DNA from: Eukaryota sp. TZLM1-RC
Lineage: Eukaryota > Protista > Metamonada: BaSk clade
Direction: 5' to 3'
Length of the DNA stretch: 64,000 nt
Assembly (NCBI GenBank): GCA_040285825.1
Contig: JAUPSS010000004.1
Location: forward strand, 1,426,001-1,490,000
Part shown: one piece after another, positions 1-9,969 of the stretch
Position numbering within the stretch: the stretch's first letter is position 1
Layout of the letters: every line of letters begins with the position of its first letter
Made by a program: the position numbers and the translations under genes
The notes under the pieces: model-generated
The model's database searches: none
Told to the model about the DNA's origin: nothing
What the model saw: the letters and a program-made list of their open reading frames with translations, nothing else

Positions 1-580
1 TGACAACCTTCGCACATGTGGTTCAACAAAAGCTTCAATGTGATGACTTTTGCACATAGCGTATAGGTGGTCTCTAACAGCATCGTGAACAACTGAGCGA
101 TATGTAATTATAAATTTGCAATTAAATCAATGATTCAGATTAATGAGCTGACCACAACGACAAATCAAATCATTTGGCACACTACATAGTCACTGAAAAC
201 ACCTCATCCTGAAGGCAGTTGTCCATTGATGATCATTTAATTATAGACCATATACATTTGGAATCTGGGAAATAAGACAACGTGAGCTACTATCCTTGAG
301 GTCAATTAAAAAGTTTGCAAAAACGGGATTCTTTTCTTTAGCCAAGCTAAGACGAACAGTGAAATCCAAGTTTTCAAAAACTTTTAATATCTTTTTTTTG
401 CAATTTAGTATATGCAAATTTCAAGGAAATCATACTCCTGGGTGGAATTTCTTGAATATCAGCAGGAAAGCATTTGGACCATATGTGAGGAGAGATGCAT
501 TCAATTTCACTCTGCAAGGACACTAAATAGTCACTAACACAACATTCTATTAAATGCTGGTTTTCAAGAAGAATTGTCAA
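1..580 (-). mobile_element. Decayed CRE-like (RLE) non-LTR retrotransposon fragment (thumb to zinc knuckle)
   Basis: Minus-strand frames give IWSKCFPADIQEIPPRS...LQKK and FNCKFIITYRSVVHDAVRDHLYAMCKSHHIEAFVEP, homologous to the other copies in the window; multiple stops and frameshifts. Confidence 0.8.
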
Positions 581-738
581 TCGTGTTTACTGGCAAAACA
601 GTATTGTATTTTTTGTTTTTAAGAGAATGTTGAAATTAAATTCTGGTTCACTCTTTCCTTTTGGGAAGTTTTCTGAATCTTTGGCAATTAATCGTTCTGA
701 TGCAGGGGAGGCTGGCTTTGAGGATGTGGACTTTTAGT
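560..738 (+). mobile_element. 3' tip of a CRE-like non-LTR element
   Basis: NRVYWQNSIVFFVFKRM matches the C-terminus NRVYWHNRIVFFIFKGM of the 10518 copy. Confidence 0.65.
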
Positions 739-831
739 ATTTCATGTTTTCATATTCCTTATGAGATAAATAAAATAACTTTCAATATAGATACAAACGT
801 AGGACTCCTAACACATCATTGCTTAATGAAT

Positions 832-959
832 TGCAGGTATCTCACTAGTGAGTCCCATAGTATATACAGAATAACATTAAATAAAATTATCTTTTTCTTA
901 ACCCACCATACAACTACATATAGTCTTACATCAAGCTATCATAATGCCTAGCGACAACC
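832..959 (+). mobile_element. Diverged solo LTR related to the LTRs at 3075/9864
   Basis: TGCAGGTATCTCACTAGTGAG...ACATCAAGCTATCATAATGCC aligns with TGTAGGTATCTCACTAGTGAG...ACATCCAGCTAGCATAATGCC; flanks GAAT/CAAT may be a degenerate 4-bp TSD. Confidence 0.7.
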
Positions 960-1659
960 CAATTTCATAAGCTGATCTCAAAGCAATTCAACCTCAACTC
1001 TGGACAACCAATTGGCAATTGCAAATTGCTTGGATACATGAGCATTTATTCTATAACATAGCGTGTACAAATCACAAACAATTTATATTCAATATTCAGA
1101 CCAAAGTAAATGGATTCATATTGTTTCTCACCTTTGATATTGAACAAAATTCTCCTTCAGTTTTTGAAAGTTCAAATCCTTGATTGAGTATTCAGTATTT
1201 AAAACATTATACTGTTGTTCTATAGGGTAAACACTCACTTTTTGAATAGTTACCAATAAATCTTTCACCTATTGTTAACAGGTAACCTCAATTCCAAGCC
1301 CCCTTGAAAAAATGATTGATCATCAATATATTGTAATATCATAATATAATTTTCAAGACATTTTACCATGTGGTGATCCTTGGCACTCGCAGAAAAAGAT
1401 TCAAATAGACGATAACAAAATGAAATCGACTTTTAAAAGGAACTTTCACTTGGTTGGATTTTTTTTCGTTGCTGTTTTTTGGATTGTGGGTAACTTCCAT
1501 ACAACAAACAAACACAGTTGGAACATATAAAAAAACAAATTACACTGGAAATTCAACATGAAAATAATTTTATTCTAAACAACCTTTATGAATTATCCAG
1601 AGAAACAGTATAATCAATGTTTACACTGATTACTAGGGTTAAAAATCTTGAAAGAAATA

Positions 1660-1720
1660 GATCAGTTTCACAGTTTAAAATCTTGTAGATCATAAGACCG
1701 TCGTGAAAGATTCATCACAC
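1660..1720 (-). ncRNA. Box C/D snoRNA, U35/SNORD35/snR73-like, copy 1
   Basis: Box C GTGATGA (1718-1712), guide TTTCACGACGGTCT complementary to the conserved LSU rRNA sequence AGACCGUCGUGAGA, D' ATGA, box D CTGA (1665-1662); the D'+5 rule gives the first C of AGACC (yeast Cm2959 site). Confidence 0.85.
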
Positions 1721-1826
1721 GGGACCGAGAGGAAGAAAACATACTTGTGACAAGTGCACTAGTCATGGTGGACTACAGAACTGCATCACCAACTGGGTAA
1801 CTAGGGTTAACATTGTCAAAAAAATA

Positions 1827-1887
1827 GTTCAGTTTCACAGTGTAAAATCTTGTAGATCATAAGACCGTCGTGAAAGATTCATCACAT
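1827..1887 (-). ncRNA. Box C/D snoRNA, U35/snR73-like, copy 2
   Basis: Same C (1885-1879), D' and D (1832-1829) boxes and identical D' guide. Confidence 0.85.
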
Positions 1888-1997
1888 AAGATTGAGAGGA
1901 AGAAAACATACTTGGGACATGAGCAATAGTCAAGATTGAGTAGGGAACCGCATAACAGACTCCTCTACCACTAGGGTTAACATTCTTGAAAGAAGTG

Positions 1998-2058
1998 GTT
2001 CAGTTTCACAGTTTAAAATCTTGTAGATCATAAGACCGTCGTGAAAGATTCATCACAT
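1998..2058 (-). ncRNA. Box C/D snoRNA, U35/snR73-like, copy 3
   Basis: Same C (2056-2050), D' and D (2003-2000) boxes and identical D' guide. Confidence 0.85.
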
Positions 2059-3074
2059 GGGACTGAGAGGAAGAAAACATACATGTGACATGTGCAATAG
2101 TGAAGAATGAATAAAGAACTACATCTCCTTTTTGGTCAAGAACAAAAATACTGTCTCCCTTTCACTTCATAAACTAGGGTTTGGTTATGTCGCAACGGAA
2201 TATTAAATATACCTTCCTGCACAACAAGTGTTTTTTCTCAATACCCTCTCCCGTTTTGGTCTCTTGTGTGCTCTTTATGGATTGTCTTTTTCTCGTTCTT
2301 TTTTATTTGTCTCACTTACCTTCTTTTTCGAACCTTAGGACTCCACCTGTTCTCTTTCAACATGTTTTTTTACTCATTTTTGACTCTTTTTTACCTTTTA
2401 CGTGCAGTTGGTTTCCTTAGAACAATTGTTGGACTCGGTCTAAACCCCACCACTCTCTTCCTATTTTTCCATACCTCTCCAGTGTCAGCTCCTTCACTCA
2501 ATTTTTCTCTTCTCTTGGACTCTGTCAAAATGGTTGATCAGAGTTGATCACATTGTCACAATTACTTAAAGCTTGAAATAAGTTGTCAGTAAATTTAACA
2601 ACAACAGCTTGTTTGAATCTCAACAATTGAAGAGACCTTATAACCAGCCTTTTTAAATTGAGTTCTCAAATCTTTTCCTTTAGTAAGGTCTTTGAATTGT
2701 TTTCGTTGTTCCAATTGGACTCCAATTCTGATCAATTCCATTGTGGAACTTGATACTGATATTGAACTAAGACGGGATACAAATTATGAATTTTAATTAT
2801 TTATCCACTTGATATTTTCGGGCACGTTGAAATCTCATTTGAGTCAAACTTAAGCAAATCCTCAAATATATTATATTTGTAAATCCAAATGGTAATTCTT
2901 TACACCGTTCAAAAACCATTTTTCCAATTTAATGTTCTCTAGACGAGGAGTGGTTCCCCTCCTCTATTGAAGGTTGAGCGAAATGAACTCGCCACGAAAT
3001 TCTGAAATACGTCACATTGAAACATTTTTCTATTCAAGGCACTGAGTCTGTACCACACAAAATTTGTATAATAA

Positions 3075-3180
3075 TGTAGGTATCTCACTAGTGAGTACCT
3101 TTATATAGAATGACATTTAATAAAATTAACTTTATCTTAACTCTCTTTACATCCAGCTAGCATAATGCCCAACAGCAACA
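3075..3180 (+). repeat. 5' LTR of element 1
   Basis: TGTAGG...CAGCAACA, identical to 9864-9969. Confidence 0.95.
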
Positions 3181-4037
3181 ATAATTATTGTGCGTATCAG
3201 GCACCATTAACAGCAAACAGCAACAGCGCTGTAGACACCCAACAGATGTCTGGGGTATGTCAGACATCTGTCAGAGGAGACCCTTCTAACCCTCCTCTCA
3301 ACAACTCATCTTCTTCGAGTTCAATGGCAACTCCAGAAAAGGATTCGAGTTCGGGCGAAAAAGGCCTCACTCCTCCTCAGGTTACGGGTACGGGTGTAAT
3401 CCACCCCACTCCCCCTCAACAAATAGATTCGAGGCTAGACACCTCCACTGCTTCAGGTTCGGGTTTAAGCCCCACCAAGAATCAAATTTCGGCGCAAAAC
3501 GTCAAATTAAATCAGCGAGGTAAAGTTACGGCGCAAGGCGCCCAATATGTCCACTCGTCGGCGAATAACGCCCTCGCGACGACACCAAAGGTCAATTTCG
3601 ACCTACCTCCAGCTCCCTCCCAAGAGATACAAGAGTTACTCTTGGCACTCACTATGAGTAAGGAAGAAATGGAAAAGAAGGAACCAACGGACTTCATAGA
3701 GTCCCTGGACGAATCAATGTACCCGCAGTGTGAAAACACTGTCGTCGTACAAACTCTCAATGAGACGACTTCGGGAGCTCAGGAAATCCCCATACAACCC
3801 TCAGTGTTGAAAGAGGCAATTGAGCTTTTAGACAAAGAAAGCCATGAGTTGAGCACACGGCCCGCAGAGCGAAGAATGAGACTCTCGCCTCTCGACACAG
3901 AATACAAAAATATAATGGCCAAACCTCGCACAGAACGTGACGATTTTTTGGGGAATAACGCCACCCTCGATAACAAAGGATTCAGAATTCGGTGGTTAGA
4001 GGTAATGGAAGTTGGTACCGACTTCTCTGGAAACTAG
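3165..4037 (+). CDS. N-terminal (Gag-extension) part of the element 1 polyprotein, separated from the main ORF by a frameshift near 4020-4035
   Basis: RRMRLSPLD...FRIRWL aligns with RRPRISGMD...RRIRFL of element 2, where this region is continuous with LPAWF; the true start is uncertain (first ATG lies inside the LTR). Confidence 0.7.
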   Translation: MPNSNNNYCAYQAPLTANSNSAVDTQQMSGVCQTSVRGDPSNPPLNNSSSSSSMATPEKDSSSGEKGLTPPQVTGTGVIHPTPPQQIDSRLDTSTASGSGLSPTKNQISAQNVKLNQRGKVTAQGAQYVHSSANNALATTPKVNFDLPPAPSQEIQELLLALTMSKEEMEKKEPTDFIESLDESMYPQCENTVVVQTLNETTSGAQEIPIQPSVLKEAIELLDKESHELSTRPAERRMRLSPLDTEYKNIMAKPRTERDDFLGNNATLDNKGFRIRWLEVMEVGTDFSGN

Positions 4038-7000
4038 ATAGTCCCGAGAACGTCCGCCTCCTACCTGACTGGTTCAGAGTTGGTATAGACAAAATTTACG
4101 AAGAGCTTAGCGCCCCCGGAGAGGACTATACGGTAGTTAGAGAGGTTCATGAATACTACCCAGTCTCACATAGACCAAATTACGTTGAAATGAGACCAGC
4201 CTCACAACCTTTCAGGCTCATATATGAAGAATTAGGGGTCACTTATAGACGAGATGATATAAACATGACGACAGCAGTCATTTCCACATACAGGTCTCCT
4301 CCTAATAACAGGAACCTCCAAACAGGCGATTCATGGGTACAGAACAAGGTTTTCACCTTCACCCCCATCATTGGTTTAGAGAATACACCCTTCAAGAGCA
4401 TCAGGCCTTTCCGGCCCTCAATTCAACTAAATTTCCAAGATGAATCGAAATCAGTTCAGGAGCTGCATGTAGACACCTTACCCCAACCAAACACAGGACC
4501 AATAGGGTTAGACGTCCTCACAATCCAACCTGGTGATTCATCACAACCGATGGAAGGAGTTCCACAATCCTCGGTTGACACCACACACACAACGGGACAA
4601 GGTCTTAGTTTACAAGATCTACAGGCAACTAGATCTCAACAACAACACAGTCAAAACCCACTCGATCCACGCCTCATATTAAATCAAAACTTACAGTCCC
4701 ATGTTGGTTATCATTACAGAACTAAGGCCATAGAACATGCAACCATACACGAGCCCCCTAGACTCGAATTCCCTGAAACTCAGATGAAAATAGTACATTT
4801 CCTCATGGAATTCGCCCTCTGGGACACAACTGGTAGAGACGGAGCTCAAAACGTCGATCAAATACAGATCCCACAATCCAGCACCCCTCAACAACAAGAA
4901 CAAATAACGAAGATGATAAACAGTTTAGCTCAGTTGATCTCAGTACAGAGTGGAGACTCAACTCACATTCAGCAACAAATAGACGATTTACAGTCCAAAT
5001 TGAATAATATGGAAACACCAAAATTATACAGAATAGATCAAAGCTTCATAAAAAAGATAGGGGTACCTGTTCATTCTTATGATCTTTTTAGATCAGTCTT
5101 ATCAACAGTGAATCCCCAGGGAATCTCAGGTTGCATCCATGCCAGAATTGTATCTTTCTGGAAACAACAACAACTCGTGAGCATGGAACCTACAGATGCC
5201 GAAATATTATTACTACTGTGTAGGAGAAGCCAGTTCACATCATTACATGATGCAAAATTAGCTCTTTTTAAACCTAAATTCAACTGGCAAAAGGTAAGTA
5301 CATCCGCCAACGCAGAAAGAGAATACGCGATTTATATGGAAAATTTTGGAGACATCTTAAGGATGTGCACATACATATCCGACCCATCGGCCAGAATTGA
5401 AGAACTCGAATTTTCAAGAGGGGTATTTACACTCCCAATGTCGACCGTAGCTAACGCCTTCTTAACAGGTCTGGACAACTTGGCATTAACGAGCAATTTA
5501 TTCGAGATTTACGGTAAACAATCTTTTTGGAACGACAAACTAGTCTCGTTCAACGATTTAACCAAAGTGGCCAGAGAGAAACTTTTGTCTTGGATGCAAG
5601 CCGCACCGAACAAGGAAACCATCCAACTACTGAGAAAAGAGGCGAACAAACCTAAATTAGAAACAGGAGAATTTCATTCGTCAGAAAGGAAAAGGAGAAC
5701 CGACCCTGAAGACCAACAATTCCCTCAATTGAAAAAAGGTAAACACACCAGAGGGGGACAGAAATTTTGTACCTTTTGTCAAATCCCAGGTCATATTATA
5801 ACAGAATGTAGGGACCCAACCTGTAGTCGCTCATTGGTCCCTATGAATCAAAGAAAAGGCGCCGGCTATGGTAGAGGTCGTGGAAACTTTAGTAGAGGCA
5901 GTAGAGGCAATTTTAGAGGCCGAAGTAGAGGCCGTGGTAATTTGTATAGAGGAACTAGGGGCCGAGGTGGCCGTGGTAATAGAGGTAATACATATCGTGG
6001 ATATAACGTCCTTAATAACAAGTTTAATAACAAAAATAAATCATCGCATGTTACAGCTCCCGAATTGAATCAGATTTGTTCTTCTACTCAATCGGACAAT
6101 TCAGCTCAAACAGCCCTCTTAAATCCACTCTCTTTCTTGAACAATGGAAATAGCAACATAAATAATCTGATTAATGTAATAAATAATACAAAAAGAGATT
6201 TATGCAACCGAACAGGTAACACTGCTCCTTGTATAAACCTCAACAGATCCCAGCAGCCTCAGTTTTTAGAACTTCAGGTAAGAATTAACAGTACAGTCAT
6301 AAAAGGCATGATAAATACAGCTGCATATTGTTCTGTCATTTCCCTAGACCTAGCAAATCGGTGTTCAATGTCCATAAATGAAAACGATATAACACAATTC
6401 ATCCCTGCTAGTAACGTATCGACCAATTCGCTTGGGAGTGCACAAGGCATTCTGACGTTCAATGTTGGTAGCATCGCGAACCAAGTTTCAATAAATCATA
6501 CTCTCCCCATAATCCCGGGTTCAAACAAATTTTTAATTGGGGTAGACATGTTACAACAACTTGGGTTATTGACATCTGACCGTTTAGTAATTGTACTAGA
6601 CGAAGAGCGCCGCACTTTACTAAATGCTGAAACCGAATTTGATAACAGAATTAAAACTCACCAAATCGGTCATGTAGAATCTATTCCCAGCAGTGAAGAA
6701 GATTTTACCCAGCAATTAGATAGATCTAAATGTGAGATTAAATTAGATGATAGTGAGTATAATAAGAGTTTGTCTGATATATTAGCTCAATACAAGGACG
6801 TATTCAGCGAAACGCCCAATAAAGAAGGCATCGATTGTCCACCCATGTCAATCCCCTTTTATAATCCTAACGCTATTGTACATAAACCAGCAAGGGGTCT
6901 CAACCCAAAGAAATTACAAATAGCTAACCAAATTTTTGACGAATTAATCGAAATGGGCTATGCAATTGAATCGAACTATAAATTCAGTTCCCCTATTGTA

Positions 7001-9835
7001 TTAGTAATATACCCTGATGATCGAAAACCGAGGTTGACAGGCGATTTCAGCGGTAAAGATGGTGTTAACGCTCTTACTATTCCAGTTGAGTCTAACTTAC
7101 CATTAATTTCGGATGTTTTGGAATTTCTAAGTCAAGCCAACTACATCGCCACTTTGGACCTTCCAAAAGCTTTTTGGCAGATGAAAGTCGCTGACGAGGA
7201 TATTGAAAAGACATCCATCTCTATCCCTGGCAGATCCATTATGTTTAAAAGGGCATGTTTCGGATTAAAGAATATCCCAGCAATTTTTCAAAATGTTATG
7301 ATGGAAATTTTTCAGATAGACGGAGTGTTCATATACATTGATGATATAATCATAATTGGATCAACCCTTCAACAATTTTTAGAAAGAATTCAAAGGGTAC
7401 TGCAATGCGCAAGGGATAGAAGAGTCAACATTGGATTGAAAAAATGTAAATTCGTTACTGACAAACAACCAATTGACATTTTAGGCAGCACTTTCCAATA
7501 TAAACAACGTAAAATTAGTCAAAAACGAGTCGATGCTTTAATTAACATCCCTGCTCCAAAAACAATAAAAGAACTTCTTTCATTAGTCGGCTCAGTCAAT
7601 TTCATCAGAGACTGGCTCCCAAACATTTCACAACTAATTGCACCCATAAACGAATTAATCAAACACAAACAACGCCGTGTCAACTGGGAAACCAAACACG
7701 ACCAACTATTAGAACAAATAAAAGTATTAATCATTAATCATATGCCTCTGGAATTACCATCACCAGACAAACGCATTTTAATAAGCACCGATGCATCAGA
7801 CATCGCAGTAGGAGGAGTTATCTGGCAAGAGGTCGAACCATATGCACCCATAGGAACTGCATTAAAAGATAGAAAAGTAAAACCAATCTCTTTTTACAGT
7901 AGAATATTAACTGATACTCAAAAACGTTGGTCAACATTACAAAAGGAACTATACGCAATATTATTAATACTAACAGAAAGCCATTTAGAAAGCTTCCTCA
8001 TCACTCGACACTTAACCATATTCACCGACCATAGAAATATTGCGTTCCTCGCCACAGCTCCAGAAAAGAACAGAATAGTCAAAAGATGGTTACCTATTTT
8101 ATCAGAATTTGATTTTGATATAGTACATGAGAAAGGAGAAGACAATCACTGGGCAGACATGATGTCACGAAACATTGATGACAATTCAGTAATACCAGAA
8201 TTAAATCACATCAGTCACCCACACGATCCTTACTGGCACGGTGAAATTCCACCCCCAGATGACGATTCCGACTATGAAAGTCCAGAACCAATCCACATTC
8301 TCGAATTATCAAGACACCCAGATTTACCAATCTTTTCAAATTGGTTATCCAAAGTAAGAGCAGAACAACAACTGGCCATTAGCAATAACGATCCATTATT
8401 CAAAAACGCCACACTCTGCAGAAACACAGAAATCTGGCTTAATAATAATAATAAAATGATAATACCGACCAAACTAAGAAAAACAGCACTCAATCTAATA
8501 CACGGATTAACACAATCAGGCCACCCAAGCAAAAACGAAAGTCTTCACAAGCTTTCCAAAAGTGATTTTTACTGGCCAAACATGAGAAGAGACCTCATCA
8601 AACACATCGAAAAATGTCCTACTTGTCAGAAAACAGCCCCCATAAAACAATCAAAGACTCCCTCAACGGGCTCACTGTGGGCAAATCGTCCATTTGCTAA
8701 ACTAAATGTGACCACAATTGGACCTCTGAATAAAGATAATAATGATAATAAATACTCATTAGTTTTCGTCGACAGTTTCACTAGATATACAATACTAGTG
8801 CCACTGAAAGAACTCAATGCTTTAGAAGTGGCAGATGCATTAATTTGGAATATCTGTGCAATATTCGGCATACCTATGGCTATACATAGTGATAATGGCC
8901 CAGAGTTCGCCAATGAAACATTCAAATTGCTATGCCAGAGAATGTCAATTGAAGTCACAAATTCAATTCCATATCACTCTGAAAGTAATGGATTGGTAGA
9001 AAGGAAACATAGGGATATAATTCAATGTATAAGAAGATTATTAATAGATTACAACGACTATGATGCTTGGTCCACATATGTCCCAATTACACAGTTATTA
9101 ATTAACTCAACCAAAAGCAGAATCACAAACCACACCCCCTATGAATTGATTTTCGGGTCATATATCAGCCCTAGATCAGACCCTGCTAACATCCTTGGCG
9201 GCATATTCGATTTTGAATCCAATGTCCCACTTTTACAAGACCTCAAACTTAAAACTGATCGTCTCCAAAAGAAATGGGAGGAAGCAGAGAACCACCAATT
9301 ATTAAACAAACCCAGTCAGAATAATATTAATAATAATACAGAAACCACATTTAATATTGGTGACTATATTCTTCGAAAAGCTAAGCAAAACAGCAAATTG
9401 CATGGATCTTGGCTAGGCCCATTTTTAATTATAGAAATCCCATCCAATTCCACATTGACAGTTAAGAACCTGACGACTGGTGATGAGACAAAGGTATCAA
9501 AGAGGGACTGCAAAATATACAACGCTGACGATCCTAACGATGTTGATTTACTCAGGGCAATCGCAGCCACCGATTCAGGTAAACATGTCATCAAAGAAAT
9601 CCTTGAGGAATATAAAACATCTCAGGGACCCTTCTGTACTGTGAAATGGTTTGGTGGAGAAACTACCGAGGAACCACTCCATTCGATCAGATATTCAGAA
9701 GCGTATAAGCGATTTATTAGTAAGCCAAATAAAAGAAAACGCAAAGCTAATATATCCAATAGCTCGTCTCAGGCTCTCCCCGTGCCTCGACAAAAGCGAT
9801 ATCCGCAAAGGAAGCGGAACAACAATAGTAAGTAA
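3992..9835 (+). CDS. Gag-Pol polyprotein: CCHC knuckle, RGG tract, aspartic protease, RT, RNase H, integrase, chromodomain
   Basis: CTFCQIPGHIITEC; LDLPKAFWQ...FGLKN...YIDD (RT); TDASD...KELYA (RNase H); H-x6-H...CPTC and SDNGPEF...NGLVE (integrase); KLHGSWLGPF; VIKEIL...VKWFGGETTEEP (chromodomain). Confidence 0.95.
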   Translation: MVRGNGSWYRLLWKLDSPENVRLLPDWFRVGIDKIYEELSAPGEDYTVVREVHEYYPVSHRPNYVEMRPASQPFRLIYEELGVTYRRDDINMTTAVISTYRSPPNNRNLQTGDSWVQNKVFTFTPIIGLENTPFKSIRPFRPSIQLNFQDESKSVQELHVDTLPQPNTGPIGLDVLTIQPGDSSQPMEGVPQSSVDTTHTTGQGLSLQDLQATRSQQQHSQNPLDPRLILNQNLQSHVGYHYRTKAIEHATIHEPPRLEFPETQMKIVHFLMEFALWDTTGRDGAQNVDQIQIPQSSTPQQQEQITKMINSLAQLISVQSGDSTHIQQQIDDLQSKLNNMETPKLYRIDQSFIKKIGVPVHSYDLFRSVLSTVNPQGISGCIHARIVSFWKQQQLVSMEPTDAEILLLLCRRSQFTSLHDAKLALFKPKFNWQKVSTSANAEREYAIYMENFGDILRMCTYISDPSARIEELEFSRGVFTLPMSTVANAFLTGLDNLALTSNLFEIYGKQSFWNDKLVSFNDLTKVAREKLLSWMQAAPNKETIQLLRKEANKPKLETGEFHSSERKRRTDPEDQQFPQLKKGKHTRGGQKFCTFCQIPGHIITECRDPTCSRSLVPMNQRKGAGYGRGRGNFSRGSRGNFRGRSRGRGNLYRGTRGRGGRGNRGNTYRGYNVLNNKFNNKNKSSHVTAPELNQICSSTQSDNSAQTALLNPLSFLNNGNSNINNLINVINNTKRDLCNRTGNTAPCINLNRSQQPQFLELQVRINSTVIKGMINTAAYCSVISLDLANRCSMSINENDITQFIPASNVSTNSLGSAQGILTFNVGSIANQVSINHTLPIIPGSNKFLIGVDMLQQLGLLTSDRLVIVLDEERRTLLNAETEFDNRIKTHQIGHVESIPSSEEDFTQQLDRSKCEIKLDDSEYNKSLSDILAQYKDVFSETPNKEGIDCPPMSIPFYNPNAIVHKPARGLNPKKLQIANQIFDELIEMGYAIESNYKFSSPIVLVIYPDDRKPRLTGDFSGKDGVNALTIPVESNLPLISDVLEFLSQANYIATLDLPKAFWQMKVADEDIEKTSISIPGRSIMFKRACFGLKNIPAIFQNVMMEIFQIDGVFIYIDDIIIIGSTLQQFLERIQRVLQCARDRRVNIGLKKCKFVTDKQPIDILGSTFQYKQRKISQKRVDALINIPAPKTIKELLSLVGSVNFIRDWLPNISQLIAPINELIKHKQRRVNWETKHDQLLEQIKVLIINHMPLELPSPDKRILISTDASDIAVGGVIWQEVEPYAPIGTALKDRKVKPISFYSRILTDTQKRWSTLQKELYAILLILTESHLESFLITRHLTIFTDHRNIAFLATAPEKNRIVKRWLPILSEFDFDIVHEKGEDNHWADMMSRNIDDNSVIPELNHISHPHDPYWHGEIPPPDDDSDYESPEPIHILELSRHPDLPIFSNWLSKVRAEQQLAISNNDPLFKNATLCRNTEIWLNNNNKMIIPTKLRKTALNLIHGLTQSGHPSKNESLHKLSKSDFYWPNMRRDLIKHIEKCPTCQKTAPIKQSKTPSTGSLWANRPFAKLNVTTIGPLNKDNNDNKYSLVFVDSFTRYTILVPLKELNALEVADALIWNICAIFGIPMAIHSDNGPEFANETFKLLCQRMSIEVTNSIPYHSESNGLVERKHRDIIQCIRRLLIDYNDYDAWSTYVPITQLLINSTKSRITNHTPYELIFGSYISPRSDPANILGGIFDFESNVPLLQDLKLKTDRLQKKWEEAENHQLLNKPSQNNINNNTETTFNIGDYILRKAKQNSKLHGSWLGPFLIIEIPSNSTLTVKNLTTGDETKVSKRDCKIYNADDPNDVDLLRAIAATDSGKHVIKEILEEYKTSQGPFCTVKWFGGETTEEPLHSIRYSEAYKRFISKPNKRKRKANISNSSSQALPVPRQKRYPQRKRNNNSK

Positions 9836-9863
9836 TTTTAAACAACGAAACGCGAGAAGGTAG

Positions 9864-9969
9864 TGTAGGTATCTCACTAGTGAGTACCTTTATATAGAAT
9901 GACATTTAATAAAATTAACTTTATCTTAACTCTCTTTACATCCAGCTAGCATAATGCCCAACAGCAACA
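9864..9969 (+). repeat. 3' LTR of element 1
   Basis: Identical to 3075-3180; preceded by a polypurine tract. Confidence 0.95.

Larger units (their letters stand above)
1633..2130 (-). repeat. Three tandem ~169-bp exon+intron units, each intron hosting a snoRNA
   Basis: Units start at 1633, 1801 and 1971; on the minus strand each has a GTATGT...TTAACCCTAG intron (1744-1633, 1911-1801, 2082-1971; 111-112 nt); a further 39-nt intron at 2212-2174. Confidence 0.85.
3075..9969 (+). mobile_element. Full-length Ty3/Gypsy chromovirus-type LTR retrotransposon (element 1)
   Basis: Identical 106-bp TG...CA LTRs (3075-3180, 9864-9969), ATAA on both outer flanks (3071-3074, 9970-9973), purine tract GAAACGCGAGAAGGTAG before the 3' LTR, domain order gag-PR-RT-RH-IN-chromo. 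Confidence 0.95.

Noticed and set aside
1633-2180. CRISPR-like array or telomeric (TAGGGTT) repeats
   Set aside because: The variable parts are homologous to each other, not unique spacers, and CTAGGGTTAA is the reverse complement of the intron 3' end TTAACCCTAG
2181-2547. Phe/Leu-rich plus-strand ORFs as membrane proteins
   Set aside because: They are shadows of a purine-rich decayed minus-strand frame upstream of the snoRNA introns
3992-4037. Programmed gag/pol frameshift between the 290-aa and 1947-aa ORFs
   Set aside because: The break lies well upstream of the knuckle, and the homologous region is continuous in element 2, so it is a lesion or an error
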